Under the pieces are notes generated by a model. It was not told the origin of the DNA. It saw nothing but the letters and a program-made list of their open reading frames with translations, and made no database searches. From IMG/VR virus record IMGVR_UViG_3300048574_000397, positions 1 to 42,089 of that record: DNA of 42,089 bases, one strand, 5' to 3'. Both the position numbers and the translations under genes were made by a program. This document shows, in pieces, positions 16,972 to 26,781 of this stretch; positions within the stretch are counted from its first letter, which is position 1; each line of letters opens with the position of its first letter. This stretch comes from a virus (lineage: Duplodnaviria > Caudoviricetes).

Positions 16972-19493
16972 CACGAGGCCCTCCCTTCGTCGAGCGGGGT
17001 GACGGTGCCGTTGGAGACGCGGCCGGCCTCGACGCGCATGCGGCCGATGAGCGCGCCGTCGGCGTCGCGGATGACGAGGGTGTCGGGCACGGACGGCTGG
17101 GCTGCGGCGAGTGCCGCGACCAGGCCGCCGCCGTCGACCGAGGGGGCACCGAACGACGGCGCCGCGGTGGCGTAGTTCACGCTGGCGATGGCGTCGGCCA
17201 TGCCCTGCGCGGCGTCGACTGCGCTGCCGACGTTGGCGTTGATGCCGACGGCCAGGCCCTCGGGAATCCAACGACCGATCTCGTCGCGGAACACCTTGGA
17301 CGGCGAACCGATGCCGAGGAAGTGCTTGGCGCCGTTAATGACGTCGCTGACCGCATCCTTGACTGCCTGCACGGCAGCCGACACCTTGCTCTTGATGCCA
17401 TTAATGAGGCCGTTGATGATGTCGCCGCCGGCGTCCTTGAGCCAGTTCCAGGCGTTCGAGAACACGCCGAGGACGGCCTGCGGGATGGCCGCGAGGATGT
17501 CATTGAGGCCGCGGATGGCGTCCTTGATCCCGTCCCAGACGGACGAGAACATTTGCTTAATGCCTGCCCATGCCTGCGACCAGTTGCCGGAGAACACGCC
17601 GGTAATGAACTTGATGAGCCCTTGCAGGTAACTCATGAGGTCATTGATGACCGGGAGCAGAGCGTTAATCACGACCGCGACTAGTTGCATGATCGGCGGC
17701 AGGACCGCGGCGAACAACTGGACCAGTGGAGGCAGGAGGGTCGTGATGAGGCTGAGGATGGGAGGCAGGAGCGGAACGAACGCCGCAACGAGGCTCAGGA
17801 TCGTCGGAATGATCGGCAGGAGCGCTTGCAGAAGTTCCATAATCAGAGGCGTCAACTGCTCGATGACGCCAATGACGATGCCGATGATCTGCGCCAGGGG
17901 CGGCAGGAGATCGGCAATCAGGCTGGCGAACACCGGCAGGAGCGGCATGAGAGATGCGAGCACCTGATTAATGACAGGGAACAACTGCGCTACGACGCCG
18001 ACGATGCTGAGGAGCAGGGACGCGATGGGCGGCAGGAGCGAGACGACGAGGTTGGCGAGCATCGGCAGGAGCGGCGCCAGGGCTGTCACCCAGGAGACGA
18101 GCATCTGTCCGAGGGTCTGCACGATGGGGCCGAGCCCGTTGAGGGCCGTGACCAGCACGGAGCCGAGCACGCTGACGATCTGCGAGACGGCCGGCATGAG
18201 GGCCACGAACGCCTGCGCGAGGGTGCCGACGATGAGCGAGGCCACCTGCGAGAGGACGGGCAGGAGCGGAGCCGCCGCTTGGATCAGTTCGGCGACGACC
18301 TGCGCCAGCATCGTGACGATCTGCGGCAGGAGCGGCGCAATGGCCTTGATGACCAGGCCCAGCGGGTTAAACAGGCCGACGACCTGCGTAATCTGCGGCG
18401 CGAGGCCGGCGAGCATCGGGCCGATGGTGCCGAACGCGCTCTGGACGGCCGGCCCTATCTCGGCGAAGATGCCGGAGCCTGCGCTCTTGAACTGGTCGAA
18501 AACGGCCGTGACCGCGTCGCGGAGGTCAAACAGGAAGGCGACTGTGGCCGAGTCTTCCGAGAGGTTAAACGCCTCGCCGAACTGCGCCGTAAAGTCACCA
18601 TTGACGAACAGGTCCTTGAGCCCGGTCAGGCCGTCGACCATGCGGTCGACGAACGGGATGAAGGTCTGCGCGCCGAAGACGGAGACGTCCCGCATCGTCG
18701 GGAGGAGCAGGTCACCCAACTTGCCCTTGACGTCGGCCCACTCGGACGCGGCGATGCGCTGGGAGTTGGCGAGTTGGTCACTTGTGTTGGCAAAGTCGCC
18801 TTGCACCTGCGCCGTCTGCTGCATGAGGACGCCGTAGGTCGCTTGGATTCGCTGCGCCTCGGTCAGTTCTGCGCCCTGCTCGGCAATGCCGTTGGCGTAG
18901 GCGTAGGCGGCCACAGTGGCAGCCGACGTGTCGATGCCGTACTGACGAATGGGCCGGGAGAGGCCGGCCAGGGAGGACGAGAACAGGTCGACGGCCTGGT
19001 CGACGTCGATGTTGTAGACAGAGGCGAAGTCAGCCGCGCGGTGGGTGAGGTCGTCCATCGTCTTGACGACGTCGCCGCCGGGGCCGGCGATGTTCTTGGC
19101 GAAGTTCGAGAACTTGACGGTGAGGTTGTCGAACTGCAACTCGGACAGGCCGAGGGACGTGGCCGCATTCTTGCCCAGGTCCATAATCCCCTGGGCCGCC
19201 GGGCCGAATGTCACGTTAAGGGCGTTGACCGCTTCGTTGAGGCCAGACGCCTCGGTGACTGCGTCCTTAAAGAAATCGGCGATCTTGTCCGCGGCGAACA
19301 GCGCCGCGAGCGGGGCGATGAACGACTTGACGGAGGCGAGCAGGCTCCCGCCGAAGCCCTTGCCGCCCTCCTCGCCAGCCTTGGTGCCGGCAGCGGCAGC
19401 GGCCGGGAGCATCTGGCCGGACAGAGCGGTCCCGAAGCCTTCGGCAGTTGGAACGATGTTGAGGGTGGCGTAGCCGACGCTGGTAGCGGGCAC
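16968..19493 (-). CDS. Tape measure protein
   Basis: 841 aa, Ala/Leu-rich 11-residue-like repeats, NWSQAW, C-terminal LGIGSPSKV...GRWIPEGLAVGI. Confidence 0.93.
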   Translation of the reverse strand: MPATSVGYATLNIVPTAEGFGTALSGQMLPAAAAAGTKAGEEGGKGFGGSLLASVKSFIAPLAALFAADKIADFFKDAVTEASGLNEAVNALNVTFGPAAQGIMDLGKNAATSLGLSELQFDNLTVKFSNFAKNIAGPGGDVVKTMDDLTHRAADFASVYNIDVDQAVDLFSSSLAGLSRPIRQYGIDTSAATVAAYAYANGIAEQGAELTEAQRIQATYGVLMQQTAQVQGDFANTSDQLANSQRIAASEWADVKGKLGDLLLPTMRDVSVFGAQTFIPFVDRMVDGLTGLKDLFVNGDFTAQFGEAFNLSEDSATVAFLFDLRDAVTAVFDQFKSAGSGIFAEIGPAVQSAFGTIGPMLAGLAPQITQVVGLFNPLGLVIKAIAPLLPQIVTMLAQVVAELIQAAAPLLPVLSQVASLIVGTLAQAFVALMPAVSQIVSVLGSVLVTALNGLGPIVQTLGQMLVSWVTALAPLLPMLANLVVSLLPPIASLLLSIVGVVAQLFPVINQVLASLMPLLPVFASLIADLLPPLAQIIGIVIGVIEQLTPLIMELLQALLPIIPTILSLVAAFVPLLPPILSLITTLLPPLVQLFAAVLPPIMQLVAVVINALLPVINDLMSYLQGLIKFITGVFSGNWSQAWAGIKQMFSSVWDGIKDAIRGLNDILAAIPQAVLGVFSNAWNWLKDAGGDIINGLINGIKSKVSAAVQAVKDAVSDVINGAKHFLGIGSPSKVFRDEIGRWIPEGLAVGINANVGSAVDAAQGMADAIASVNYATAAPSFGAPSVDGGGLVAALAAAQPSVPDTLVIRDADGALIGRMRVEAGRVSNGTVTPLDEGRASW

Positions 19494-19508
19494 CTGCTCG
19501 CCTCCTCG

Positions 19509-20128
19509 TCAGGTCGTGGGGTCCGAGCGCGCGGCGAGGCGCGCACGCTGCGCGAGCAGGCGCTTGTGGAGCGCGGCGGCGCGATGCGTGACGGGCGTGG
19601 GGCGGCTCGGGTAGGGGTGGCCGGCGAACAGGTGGAAGAGGTCCGCGAGGACCAGGGCCGCCGTGTCCCAGCCGGGGGCGATGCCCGCCAGCGCCGCGGT
19701 CGTCATCGAGTCACGGGGCAGGCCGTGAACGAGGACCGACAGGCGCCGGGGCGAGATGGCTCCTCGCCAAAAGTCGCCGAGGTCGACTCCGTAATAACGT
19801 TGGAGGTCGACCTCGACGGCGTCGGAATGGTCCCGAATCAGGACGAGGAGCGCGGTCAGTTTCCCGCAATACCCGCGGCGCTTTGCAGCGCCTCGATGAG
19901 GGCGGCGGCGTCACGGACGGTGGGCTTGGTCGCCTTAAAGGCGGCGTACTGCTCCGGGCCGAGCAGGCCGCGGAGAATCGCGGACACCTTGCCGTCCTCG
20001 AACGCCTCGATGACCTCGAAGGGCCAGTCCATAGAGGCGGGAACGGTGATGGCGAGCCCGCGGAAGTCGAAGGTGATGGGCGCGCTGCCCTGCGCCTCAA
20101 CGGCGGCAGGGGTCTTGGCGGCGGTCAT
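19509..20128 (-). CDS. Tail assembly chaperone, -1 frameshifted long form
   Basis: Slippery GGGAAAC at 19865-19859. The -1 frame reads LTALLVLIRDHSDAVEVDLQRYYGVDL...LP.DS into ORF 19509..19706. Confidence 0.8.
19856..20128 (-). CDS. Tail assembly chaperone, short form
   Basis: Lies between major tail and tape measure genes; ends AGN* on the slippery site. Confidence 0.85.
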   Translation of the reverse strand: MTAAKTPAAVEAQGSAPITFDFRGLAITVPASMDWPFEVIEAFEDGKVSAILRGLLGPEQYAAFKATKPTVRDAAALIEALQSAAGIAGN

Positions 20129-20234
20129 GCTGGGTTGCTCCTAGCGTGGGTCGGAGATGCGTGGGAGGGAGTGCGAGGACGGGGCGGCCCCACGCGAGTC
20201 GCCCCGCCCTGCGGGAGACGTCTTACGGTCGACG

Positions 20235-20789
20235 TCAGGAGCCGGAGCCCGCGGGGTCCGTCTCGATGTCGGTCCAGAGCGTGCCGTCGGCGTCGGGGTA
20301 GATGACGACGGTGAACTCGTAGACGGTCGGGTCGCTCTCGCTGTCCTTGATGTCGCCGAGGTCGGTGACGGACGCGGCGGAAGCGATGCGCCGGCGGACA
20401 CGGTCGCCGTCGTGCGTCTCGAAGCCGATGGCGAAGCGGTGGTCGCTCGGGACCTTGATGACCGACGTGCGAACGCCGGAGGCGGTGGTCCGGGTGCTGC
20501 CCGGCTCGCGGAGGCCGAAGACGACGTCGTTGTCCTCAAGGGCAACAAACTTGATGGTCCGCTTGTGGTGGGAGCGGGTGTGCCGGTAGAGCAGGCCGCC
20601 CCACGCATACTTGTCGGACGTGTCCTCGGAGCGGGACTCGGTGAAGCCCTCGTCGCCGTCGAGCAGACCCGCGGCGTGCCAGTCGGCCGCCCATGCGGTC
20701 GTCAGGTCAGTCGGGCCTTCGGTGCCCTCGGGAGCGATGTAGACGTCGGCGTTGTCCCAGATGTGGGTGTTGGTGGCGTTGCCAGACAT
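20235..20789 (-). CDS. Major tail protein
   Basis: W..ADVYIAP...W...GLLDGDEGF...AWG...F.ALEDN...Y..T..IYPD; synteny. Confidence 0.85.
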   Translation of the reverse strand: MSGNATNTHIWDNADVYIAPEGTEGPTDLTTAWAADWHAAGLLDGDEGFTESRSEDTSDKYAWGGLLYRHTRSHHKRTIKFVALEDNDVVFGLREPGSTRTTASGVRTSVIKVPSDHRFAIGFETHDGDRVRRRIASAASVTDLGDIKDSESDPTVYEFTVVIYPDADGTLWTDIETDPAGSGS

Positions 20790-20799
20790 GGTGTCCTTG

Positions 20800-21213
20800 T
20801 CAGATGGTCAGCGGCCGAAGGTGCGCCGTAAACCGGAGGAAGGCGACGGGGTCGCCGGTGTCCGGGTCTTCCGTCGGGATGGGCGAGGCGTAGGGCTCGG
20901 TCGAGCGGACGGTCGCGGTGTGTGCGTCGAGCACGAGGGCCTCGATGAGGCCCGCGAGGTCGAGCGCGAGGCCCTCGTCGCGGTGGTAGACCGTGACGCG
21001 GAGGAGCGCCGTGCCGTCGAGGCGGGCGGTGCGGCTGGCGCCATCGAGGCGGACGAGCACGTAGGGCAGGCCGGGCAGGTCGTCGCTGGTCGCGCCGGGG
21101 ACGACGGTGTCGACGACGACGCCAGCGGCCTCCGGCTCGGGACGCCCGACGAGGAGCGCGCGGATGAGGTCGCGGCCGGCCGTCTGCCCGTCAGGGAAGC
21201 GGACAGCGGTCAC
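20800..21213 (-). CDS. Tail terminator
   Basis: Immediately upstream of the major tail gene; typical size. Confidence 0.7.
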   Translation of the reverse strand: MTAVRFPDGQTAGRDLIRALLVGRPEPEAAGVVVDTVVPGATSDDLPGLPYVLVRLDGASRTARLDGTALLRVTVYHRDEGLALDLAGLIEALVLDAHTATVRSTEPYASPIPTEDPDTGDPVAFLRFTAHLRPLTI

Positions 21214-21572
21214 TTGCGGGCCTTCCGCTTACTGCCGGCGCTCGGGGTCTTGGCGACGACGGTGCTCGCCCCGATGCTCTCGGCGGCGCGGACGAGGATG
21301 CCGTGCTTGGCCTCCATGCCGACCGCGGCCGGGTGGAGCACGACGACGCTCGCTGCTGGGCGGGCGCTCTTGAGCCGGCCTCCGGGCTTGGCGGTGTACG
21401 TCTCGACCGTGGCTTCGAGGCCGCCCTTGGCGCCGGGGCTCGACGGCTCCGGGTAGTGGGCGGCATCGGCGATGGCACGCGCGGCGTCCTCGACCATCTT
21501 GGCGACCTCGTCGCTGGCGAGCGCCGCTGCGATGCCGTCGTGATCGAGGACGATCTTGATGGCTCCGGCCAT
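21210..21572 (-). CDS. Head-tail/neck region protein
   Basis: LDH.GIA..L.S...EAKHG.L.RAA pattern; synteny. Confidence 0.65.
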   Translation of the reverse strand: MAGAIKIVLDHDGIAAALASDEVAKMVEDAARAIADAAHYPEPSSPGAKGGLEATVETYTAKPGGRLKSARPAASVVVLHPAAVGMEAKHGILVRAAESIGASTVVAKTPSAGSKRKARK

Positions 21573-21584
21573 GTGCTCGCCTCC

Positions 21585-21941
21585 TCAGCCGACGACGCGG
21601 ACGAGCCGGGCCGTCGTGTAGGCACCGGCCAGCGTCAGGCCGTTGTGGGCCTGCGGCTCGCCGTCGATGCGGTAGGTCAGGTCGCCGACGCGGACACGGT
21701 CGCGCGCGGTGAGCGTCTGCCGGGTGCCGGGGACGAACAGCGTGAGCGTCGTCACGACGCGGCTGCTGCCGTCGCTCGTCGACTCGATGGACGAACTGCG
21801 CTGAGTGGTCGCGCCGTGCAGGACCGTCTCGACTGCGGGCGGCACCGTCCAGACGTCGGCAGGGTGGCCGCGGGAGTCGGTGTCGTCGCCGGGATGGACG
21901 AGGACGACGGGCTGCGGTCGCGGGTCAGTGAGGAAGGGCAT
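21585..21941 (-). CDS. Head-to-tail stopper
   Basis: D..G....W...DRV.V....Y.IDG.P pattern; synteny. Confidence 0.75.
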   Translation of the reverse strand: MPFLTDPRPQPVVLVHPGDDTDSRGHPADVWTVPPAVETVLHGATTQRSSSIESTSDGSSRVVTTLTLFVPGTRQTLTARDRVRVGDLTYRIDGEPQAHNGLTLAGAYTTARLVRVVG

Positions 21942-22062
21942 GGCCTGGCCTCAGCGCCCAAAGGTCCGACTCGTCGAGGAAGGCGATAGGGTCGCCTCCC
22001 GACTCGTTCGCCGGCAGGTAGATCGTCCCGTCCTTGCGAATGACGAGGCAGGGGTCGGTCAT
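21925..22062 (-). CDS. Small hypothetical protein (45 aa), not in the ORF track
   Basis: ATGA overlap with the adaptor stop; MTDPCLVIRKDGTIYLPANESGGDPIAFLDESDLW... Confidence 0.5.
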   Translation of the reverse strand: MTDPCLVIRKDGTIYLPANESGGDPIAFLDESDLWALRPGHALPH

Positions 22063-22484
22063 GGCTCCCGCTCTCCGTTCCAGAACGCGGCGTCAGCGGG
22101 CCAGCGCCACGGGACAGGCGTGCGGATCGAGCCCGTGAAGCCGATGCCCGTAAGGCCGGCGGCGCGACGGACGCGGGTGACCTCGTCGGGGGCCAGCGCA
22201 CGGCCGGTCGCCTCGACGGTGACCATGTGCTCGCCGAGTTGCTCGGTCTTGGTGCCCGACGGGTTCTCGTAGCGGCGCTGGGCGACGTCGAGGACGGTCG
22301 TGACGATGATGTCCGGCGCGTTGAGGCGCCAGGCCGTCGCCTTCATCGGAGCCTCGGCGAGGACGAGCGCGACGGCGTCGGTGAGGGCCTGGGCGGCGCG
22401 TGCGAGATCGGCGCCGGCGAGGGTGCCCGCGTCGAGGCCGAGGCGCGTTTCGAGCGCGCTGACGGCCGGGGGAAGTGCGGTCAT
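22059..22484 (-). CDS. Head-to-tail adaptor
   Basis: L..RLG...RA..AL.DA...V..RRYENP.G...EQLG pattern; follows the capsid gene. Confidence 0.78.
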   Translation of the reverse strand: MTALPPAVSALETRLGLDAGTLAGADLARAAQALTDAVALVLAEAPMKATAWRLNAPDIIVTTVLDVAQRRYENPSGTKTEQLGEHMVTVEATGRALAPDEVTRVRRAAGLTGIGFTGSIRTPVPWRWPADAAFWNGEREP

Positions 22485-22510
22485 CGGCTCGGCCTCCCTT
22501 CGGCAGGGGC

Positions 22511-22561
22511 AAGACGCCCCGCGGCGGGGCCGTCGCTAGAGCGGCTCACGCGGGGCGTCTT
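22511..22561 (-). terminator. Hairpin after the major capsid gene
   Basis: 13-bp perfect inverted repeat AAGACGCCCCGCG / CGCGGGGCGTCTT. Confidence 0.6.
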
Positions 22562-22571
22562 ACGGAGTTGG

Positions 22572-23513
22572 TCAGCCCTCGTCGACCGTGGTCACGCGGA
22601 ACGCCGCGGGGACGTCCGTGTAGGTCGCGGTCGTCTTGTCGAGGCGCTTAAACGGCAGCGCGGTCACGCCGGCGAAGGTCGAGACGATGCTGCGGTCCTG
22701 CGTGTGGGTGGCGTCGTAGTCGCGCAGGTAGCGCAGGCTGTAGCCGCCGCTCGACATGCTCTGGCCGAAGGTGGCGCCAGCCGGGACGAGCGGGGCGCGC
22801 ACGGCCAGGGTGAAGGCGTCGCGGTGGAAGATGACGATGTCGTTGTCGCCCACGCGGGTCGACTCGGCGATGGTCATGCCCATGAGGCGGCCGACGTTGC
22901 CCTCGCGGAGAGCGTCAGTCGAGCCCGACTGCGAGACGTCCACGACGGCCTTGGCCTTGAGCAGGTCGGCATACACGCCGACGCCGCAGACCACGCGCAG
23001 CGCGTCCGAGGGCACGCCGCCCTTGCGGATGAGCCGGCGAAGGTCGGTGAACGTCGAGACGGGGTTGTCAGGGTCGTAGGCCGGGATGGTGCCAGTGGTG
23101 CCCATCGTGGTCAGCGCGACGCCGTTGAGGGCCGCCGCGACCATCTCCTCGACCTGCTCGACCACCGCGGACACCTGAGGCGCGAGCACCTGGGCCGCGA
23201 AGTCGGCGATGTTGAGGGAGAGGTCAGCCTCGGACAGGCCGACAGCGCTGTAGGCGTGCGTGCCGAGGGTGATGGAGACGGTCGTCTCGGTCAGGTTGTC
23301 GACGGTGAGGGCGTCGGTGACGTTGTCGACGGTGCGGGTGTGGCCGACGAGAGCCGCCGGGACCTTGATGTTGACGGTGCGGCCCTTGCCGCCGCCGCCG
23401 AGGAGGTCGCTCTCGTAGTTCCGGTTGACCAGGGCGCCGAGGTAGGAGTCCTCGACCGCGAGGGCCACCGCGGTCGAAGCGACCTGGGTGGGGGTGTAGA
23501 ACGTGTTAGCCAT
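22572..23513 (-). CDS. Major capsid protein
   Basis: 313 aa following the scaffolding gene; G.TVNIKVP...ALREG.VGRL.G..I.ES...FH.DAF.LA.R..SLRYLRDYD pattern. Confidence 0.88.
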   Translation of the reverse strand: MANTFYTPTQVASTAVALAVEDSYLGALVNRNYESDLLGGGGKGRTVNIKVPAALVGHTRTVDNVTDALTVDNLTETTVSITLGTHAYSAVGLSEADLSLNIADFAAQVLAPQVSAVVEQVEEMVAAALNGVALTTMGTTGTIPAYDPDNPVSTFTDLRRLIRKGGVPSDALRVVCGVGVYADLLKAKAVVDVSQSGSTDALREGNVGRLMGMTIAESTRVGDNDIVIFHRDAFTLAVRAPLVPAGATFGQSMSSGGYSLRYLRDYDATHTQDRSIVSTFAGVTALPFKRLDKTTATYTDVPAAFRVTTVDEG

Positions 23514-23539
23514 GAGAGGCCGGTGTCCTTAGTCGGAGA

Positions 23540-24100
23540 TCAGGACCGAGCGCGCGCTGCCTTGGCAAGCGCGACGGGGTCGAAGGGCTCGGTGGACGTG
23601 CCGCCGTGCCCAGGGGTCAGGGCCGGGGCGGGTCGGCTGCCAGCCGGCGGCGTCTCGCCACTCGGCGCGGCCTTGCCGCGGTTCGCCAGGCGCTCGGCCT
23701 TCCGCTTGATCTCGTCTTCGGTGTCGCCGACCAGGAACTCGGCGTCGTCGTCTTCGAGATGGTTCGTGCGGAGGGCTCGCTCAACCCAGAGGGCTCGCTG
23801 CGCCGACTTGGCAGCCGTCTCGGCTGCGGCGATGCGGTCTTCGAGGCCCTTGGGCGGCTCGGGTGCCTTCGGAGCGGGCGGAGGGGTCGTCTTGGCCTTT
23901 TCCGCGGTCAGTTCGTTCCGAAGGTCGGTAATCAGTTCCCACGCGCGCGCCGGGTCGAAAGGCTTGCCGTCGCGCTCCCACGGGGGAGTGTTCGCCGGGG
24001 GCGTCTGCGCTGCGGGCGTCTCGCTCGCGGGCGGCGTCTGCGCCGGCGGGGTGCTGGCGGCGGGGTCGGGCGTGGTCGTGGTTGCCGGGGTGTCTGGCAT
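23540..24100 (-). CDS. Scaffolding protein
   Basis: Pro/Thr-rich N-terminus; PW....FDP.RAW.LI..LR; FL.G.TE.EI...AERL. Confidence 0.82.
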   Translation of the reverse strand: MPDTPATTTTPDPAASTPPAQTPPASETPAAQTPPANTPPWERDGKPFDPARAWELITDLRNELTAEKAKTTPPPAPKAPEPPKGLEDRIAAAETAAKSAQRALWVERALRTNHLEDDDAEFLVGDTEDEIKRKAERLANRGKAAPSGETPPAGSRPAPALTPGHGGTSTEPFDPVALAKAARARS

Positions 24101-24165
24101 GTGGGGTGTCCTCCTGGGACAGCGGAGCCGGCTCCTGGCCGGGCGCGGGCAGCGGACGACGCACG

Positions 24166-24196
24166 AAAAACGCCCTACGCATCTCGCGCAGGGCGT
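24166..24196 (-). terminator. Intrinsic terminator-like hairpin upstream of the scaffolding gene
   Basis: Minus strand ACGCCCTGCGC-GAGAT-GCGTAGGGCGT then TTTT. Confidence 0.55.
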
Positions 24197-24283
24197 CCCG
24201 TGTGTGGTCCTACCGGGGCGAGGGCATTTGGCCCTCAGAGAGGCGCGCAGCGGCCTTGTCGGGCCGATTTCTGCGCGGGGTCA

Positions 24284-25081
24284 TCACGCCGCGAGGGCGA
24301 AGTCGTCTTGGCCGTCCTTGTAGAGGTCGGCGAGCGCGGCGCGAAAGTCGGTCGGGTGGAGGCCGGTGCCGGACTTCGAGCGCCCGTGCTCGGGCGTCCA
24401 GCCGTCGTCGTCCTCGTAGAGGCGACGCAACTCGACGGCCTGGTCGGTCCAGCCGGAGCCGTAGCCGGTGCGGAAGACCGGCATCGGCTCGCAGGCGCAG
24501 CCGTCGTGTGCGAGGAAGCCCGCGGTCCCGGCGGAGTAGACCGGACCGCGGGAGATGAGCATTGCGCAGAAGGCGCAGGGCGTCCGCGCGCTGACGCGGG
24601 CGTAGCCGACAGCGTCCTTGTCGCGCGCCACGGCGGACATGAGCGTCGTGCGCCCACCTTCGAGGACGGCGCGCTCGGTGTAGCGCTCCGTCGCGGCGAG
24701 GGCGAGGGCGCCGGCCTGCGGGATGCTGAGGCCGGTCCCGGTGAGGCGCTTGACGGTTGCCGGGCCGGTGACTTGGAGCGAGGTCAGCGCGCGCGCCGGG
24801 TCGAGCGTCGACTCCTCGAAGTCGACGAAGTCGTCGGGGTCGAGCCCGGCGGCGGCGCGGGCCTTGCGGTAGAACGCCGTGCCGGCCTGGGACGACTGCC
24901 GGTGGCCGACCGCGAGGACGCGGGTGGCGGCGGCGCCATAGCGCGGGAACGTGCGGTCGAGGTCGTAGAGGTCGAGGGTCGTGTCCCAGACCTTGCCGAG
25001 CGCCCGCTCGATCACGACTGCGCCGCGGACCTGCCCGACGCGGAAGGTGTCGACGGCCTGTAGTTCCTCAAGGGTCGGCGT
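24284..25081 (-). CDS. Capsid maturation / MuF-like minor head protein (probable ACG start at 25081)
   Basis: GYARV....CAFCAMLISRGPVY...H.GC.C motif; lies between portal and scaffold. Confidence 0.78.
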   Translation of the reverse strand, partial: TPTLEELQAVDTFRVGQVRGAVVIERALGKVWDTTLDLYDLDRTFPRYGAAATRVLAVGHRQSSQAGTAFYRKARAAAGLDPDDFVDFEESTLDPARALTSLQVTGPATVKRLTGTGLSIPQAGALALAATERYTERAVLEGGRTTLMSAVARDKDAVGYARVSARTPCAFCAMLISRGPVYSAGTAGFLAHDGCACEPMPVFRTGYGSGWTDQAVELRRLYEDDDGWTPEHGRSKSGTGLHPTDFRAALADLYKDGQDDFALAA

Positions 25082-25101
25082 GGCGGTGCCTCCTCAGCGG
25101 G

Positions 25102-26592
25102 TCAGGCGGCGGCTCGTGCCGGGGCTGCCGGCGGCGCCTGCGCAGGGACCGCGGGCACCGTCGGAGACGGTGTGACCGCGGCCTGCGTCTGGCGGGTGAA
25201 CTCGGCAGCGACGGCGGCGAGCGGGTCGGCCTCGTCCTTGAGGGCCTTCCAGCGGGTGAGCGTTTGGTCGGTGATGCCAGGCACCATCTCCCAGAGCGCT
25301 TCGACCGGGACTTGCAGGCCGGTCGCCAACTTCGTTAGTGCGTCGACCGTGGCTGCGAGGCCGTTGCCGTCGGTGTCACGCCAACGGACCTGCGCCGTGA
25401 CGTCGGGCTCGGCGGTGTCGCCGGCGGCGATGGCCGAGAGCCGGAATGCCTGCTCCCACGCCTCGCCGAAGAGGGTTTGGTACTCCTCGCGCTTGCGGAA
25501 CGTCTCGGCCTGCAACTGGCGGGTCGTGTCCTCGGAGACGTTCGAGATCGTCATGTCGCCGAAGAGGAGGCCAGGGTGGACGCCGGCCTCGTTGCCCATC
25601 GCGCGCAGGGTCGCGGCGAAGAGGGCGAGGTAGCCGGTGATGTCGGTCTGCGCGAAGTCGCCGAACTTGGCGTCGGGGTTGTCCGTCACCCAGAGGCGGT
25701 CGACTGCGGCCTTAAAGGGCTCGACGGGGTGCCCGTAGTTCGGGTTGGGGACGGAGATCGTCGGCGAGTTGCTCTCGCTGGGCTCGGCGTTCGGGTCGTA
25801 GGCCGGGTTGGGGACGGTCATCGTCTCGTTCTCGTCGACCGGGATGGCGAGGCCGGTCGCCCAGCGCTGGCGGAAGACGCCATATTGCAGGGCGACCATC
25901 ATGGCGAAGACGACCTCGTTGAGCCGGTCCTGCGTCGTGATGTACGGCGCCACGAGGCCGACGGCCTCCTCGCCGATGCGCTCGCGGAAGCGGACGACCG
26001 GGACGAAGCCGAAGGGGTGGCCCTGCGGCGCGCCGACGGTGATGGCGCCGTTGCCGGCCGCGCGCGAGCACTCGTAGAGCGCCTCGCGGTCGACGATGTC
26101 GAACAACTCGTCGCCGGCGACGGACTTGCCGCGCTTGGCGAGGAAGTAGTCAGGCCACTCGGCGTCCTCGTCCTCGTACCACGCCATCGAGCGCAGGGGA
26201 GAGTACGGGCGCCACACGGGCTGCGGCTTGCCGGGCAGGATGAGGAGGTAAGAGGTCCCGTACTGCAAGGCGCCGCGGTGGACGATGGACTGCCGCGCGT
26301 CCATGCCGTTCGCCTGCCAGGCGTCCCACGCCGGGGCGTTGTCGCTCGCGCGGGCGGCGCGGTAGCCGTCGACAAAGAGCGCCTTAGCGAAGGTGTCGGG
26401 GATGCGCGGGAGGACGTTGGTGATGCTCACCTTTGCGGTGTGCTTGTACTCCTCGCGGGCGCCGCGGGGCATGTAGGGCTCGTCGTGCTCGCCCTTGAGG
26501 TAGCGGCGCACCTTGCCGAGCCGGGCGTCCCGCGAGAGGTCCGCGTCGAGCGCGCTGAGGAGACGCGCGGCGAGGGCCGCGTCAACGGCCAT
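25102..26592 (-). CDS. Portal protein (SPP1 gp6-like)
   Basis: W..WQAN.MDARQ...HR.AL.YG.SY; HPFG.VPVVRF; QDRLN; F.QRW.TG; FGEAWEQ. Confidence 0.92.
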   Translation of the reverse strand: MAVDAALAARLLSALDADLSRDARLGKVRRYLKGEHDEPYMPRGAREEYKHTAKVSITNVLPRIPDTFAKALFVDGYRAARASDNAPAWDAWQANGMDARQSIVHRGALQYGTSYLLILPGKPQPVWRPYSPLRSMAWYEDEDAEWPDYFLAKRGKSVAGDELFDIVDREALYECSRAAGNGAITVGAPQGHPFGFVPVVRFRERIGEEAVGLVAPYITTQDRLNEVVFAMMVALQYGVFRQRWATGLAIPVDENETMTVPNPAYDPNAEPSESNSPTISVPNPNYGHPVEPFKAAVDRLWVTDNPDAKFGDFAQTDITGYLALFAATLRAMGNEAGVHPGLLFGDMTISNVSEDTTRQLQAETFRKREEYQTLFGEAWEQAFRLSAIAAGDTAEPDVTAQVRWRDTDGNGLAATVDALTKLATGLQVPVEALWEMVPGITDQTLTRWKALKDEADPLAAVAAEFTRQTQAAVTPSPTVPAVPAQAPPAAPARAAA

Positions 26593-26594
26593 GC

Positions 26595-26747
26595 TCAGTC
26601 CTCCTCGTTCGGGCTAAAGCCCGCGCGGCGGCGCCTGCGCGCCGGCCAGTCGTCTTCGTCGTGCTTGGGTGTCGGGGGCTTCGACTTCGGCACCCAGCCG
26701 ATTCGGAGGGTGAGGAAGAGGCGCCAGACTTGGAGGGCAAGGACCAC
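26595..26747 (-). CDS. Small hypothetical protein (50 aa)
   Basis: GTG at 26747 after AGGAGG; fills the terminase-portal gap. Confidence 0.55.
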   Translation of the reverse strand: MVLALQVWRLFLTLRIGWVPKSKPPTPKHDEDDWPARRRRRAGFSPNEED

Positions 26748-26781
26748 GGGGGCGCCTCCTGGACGTTTAAACGGTGTTCGC

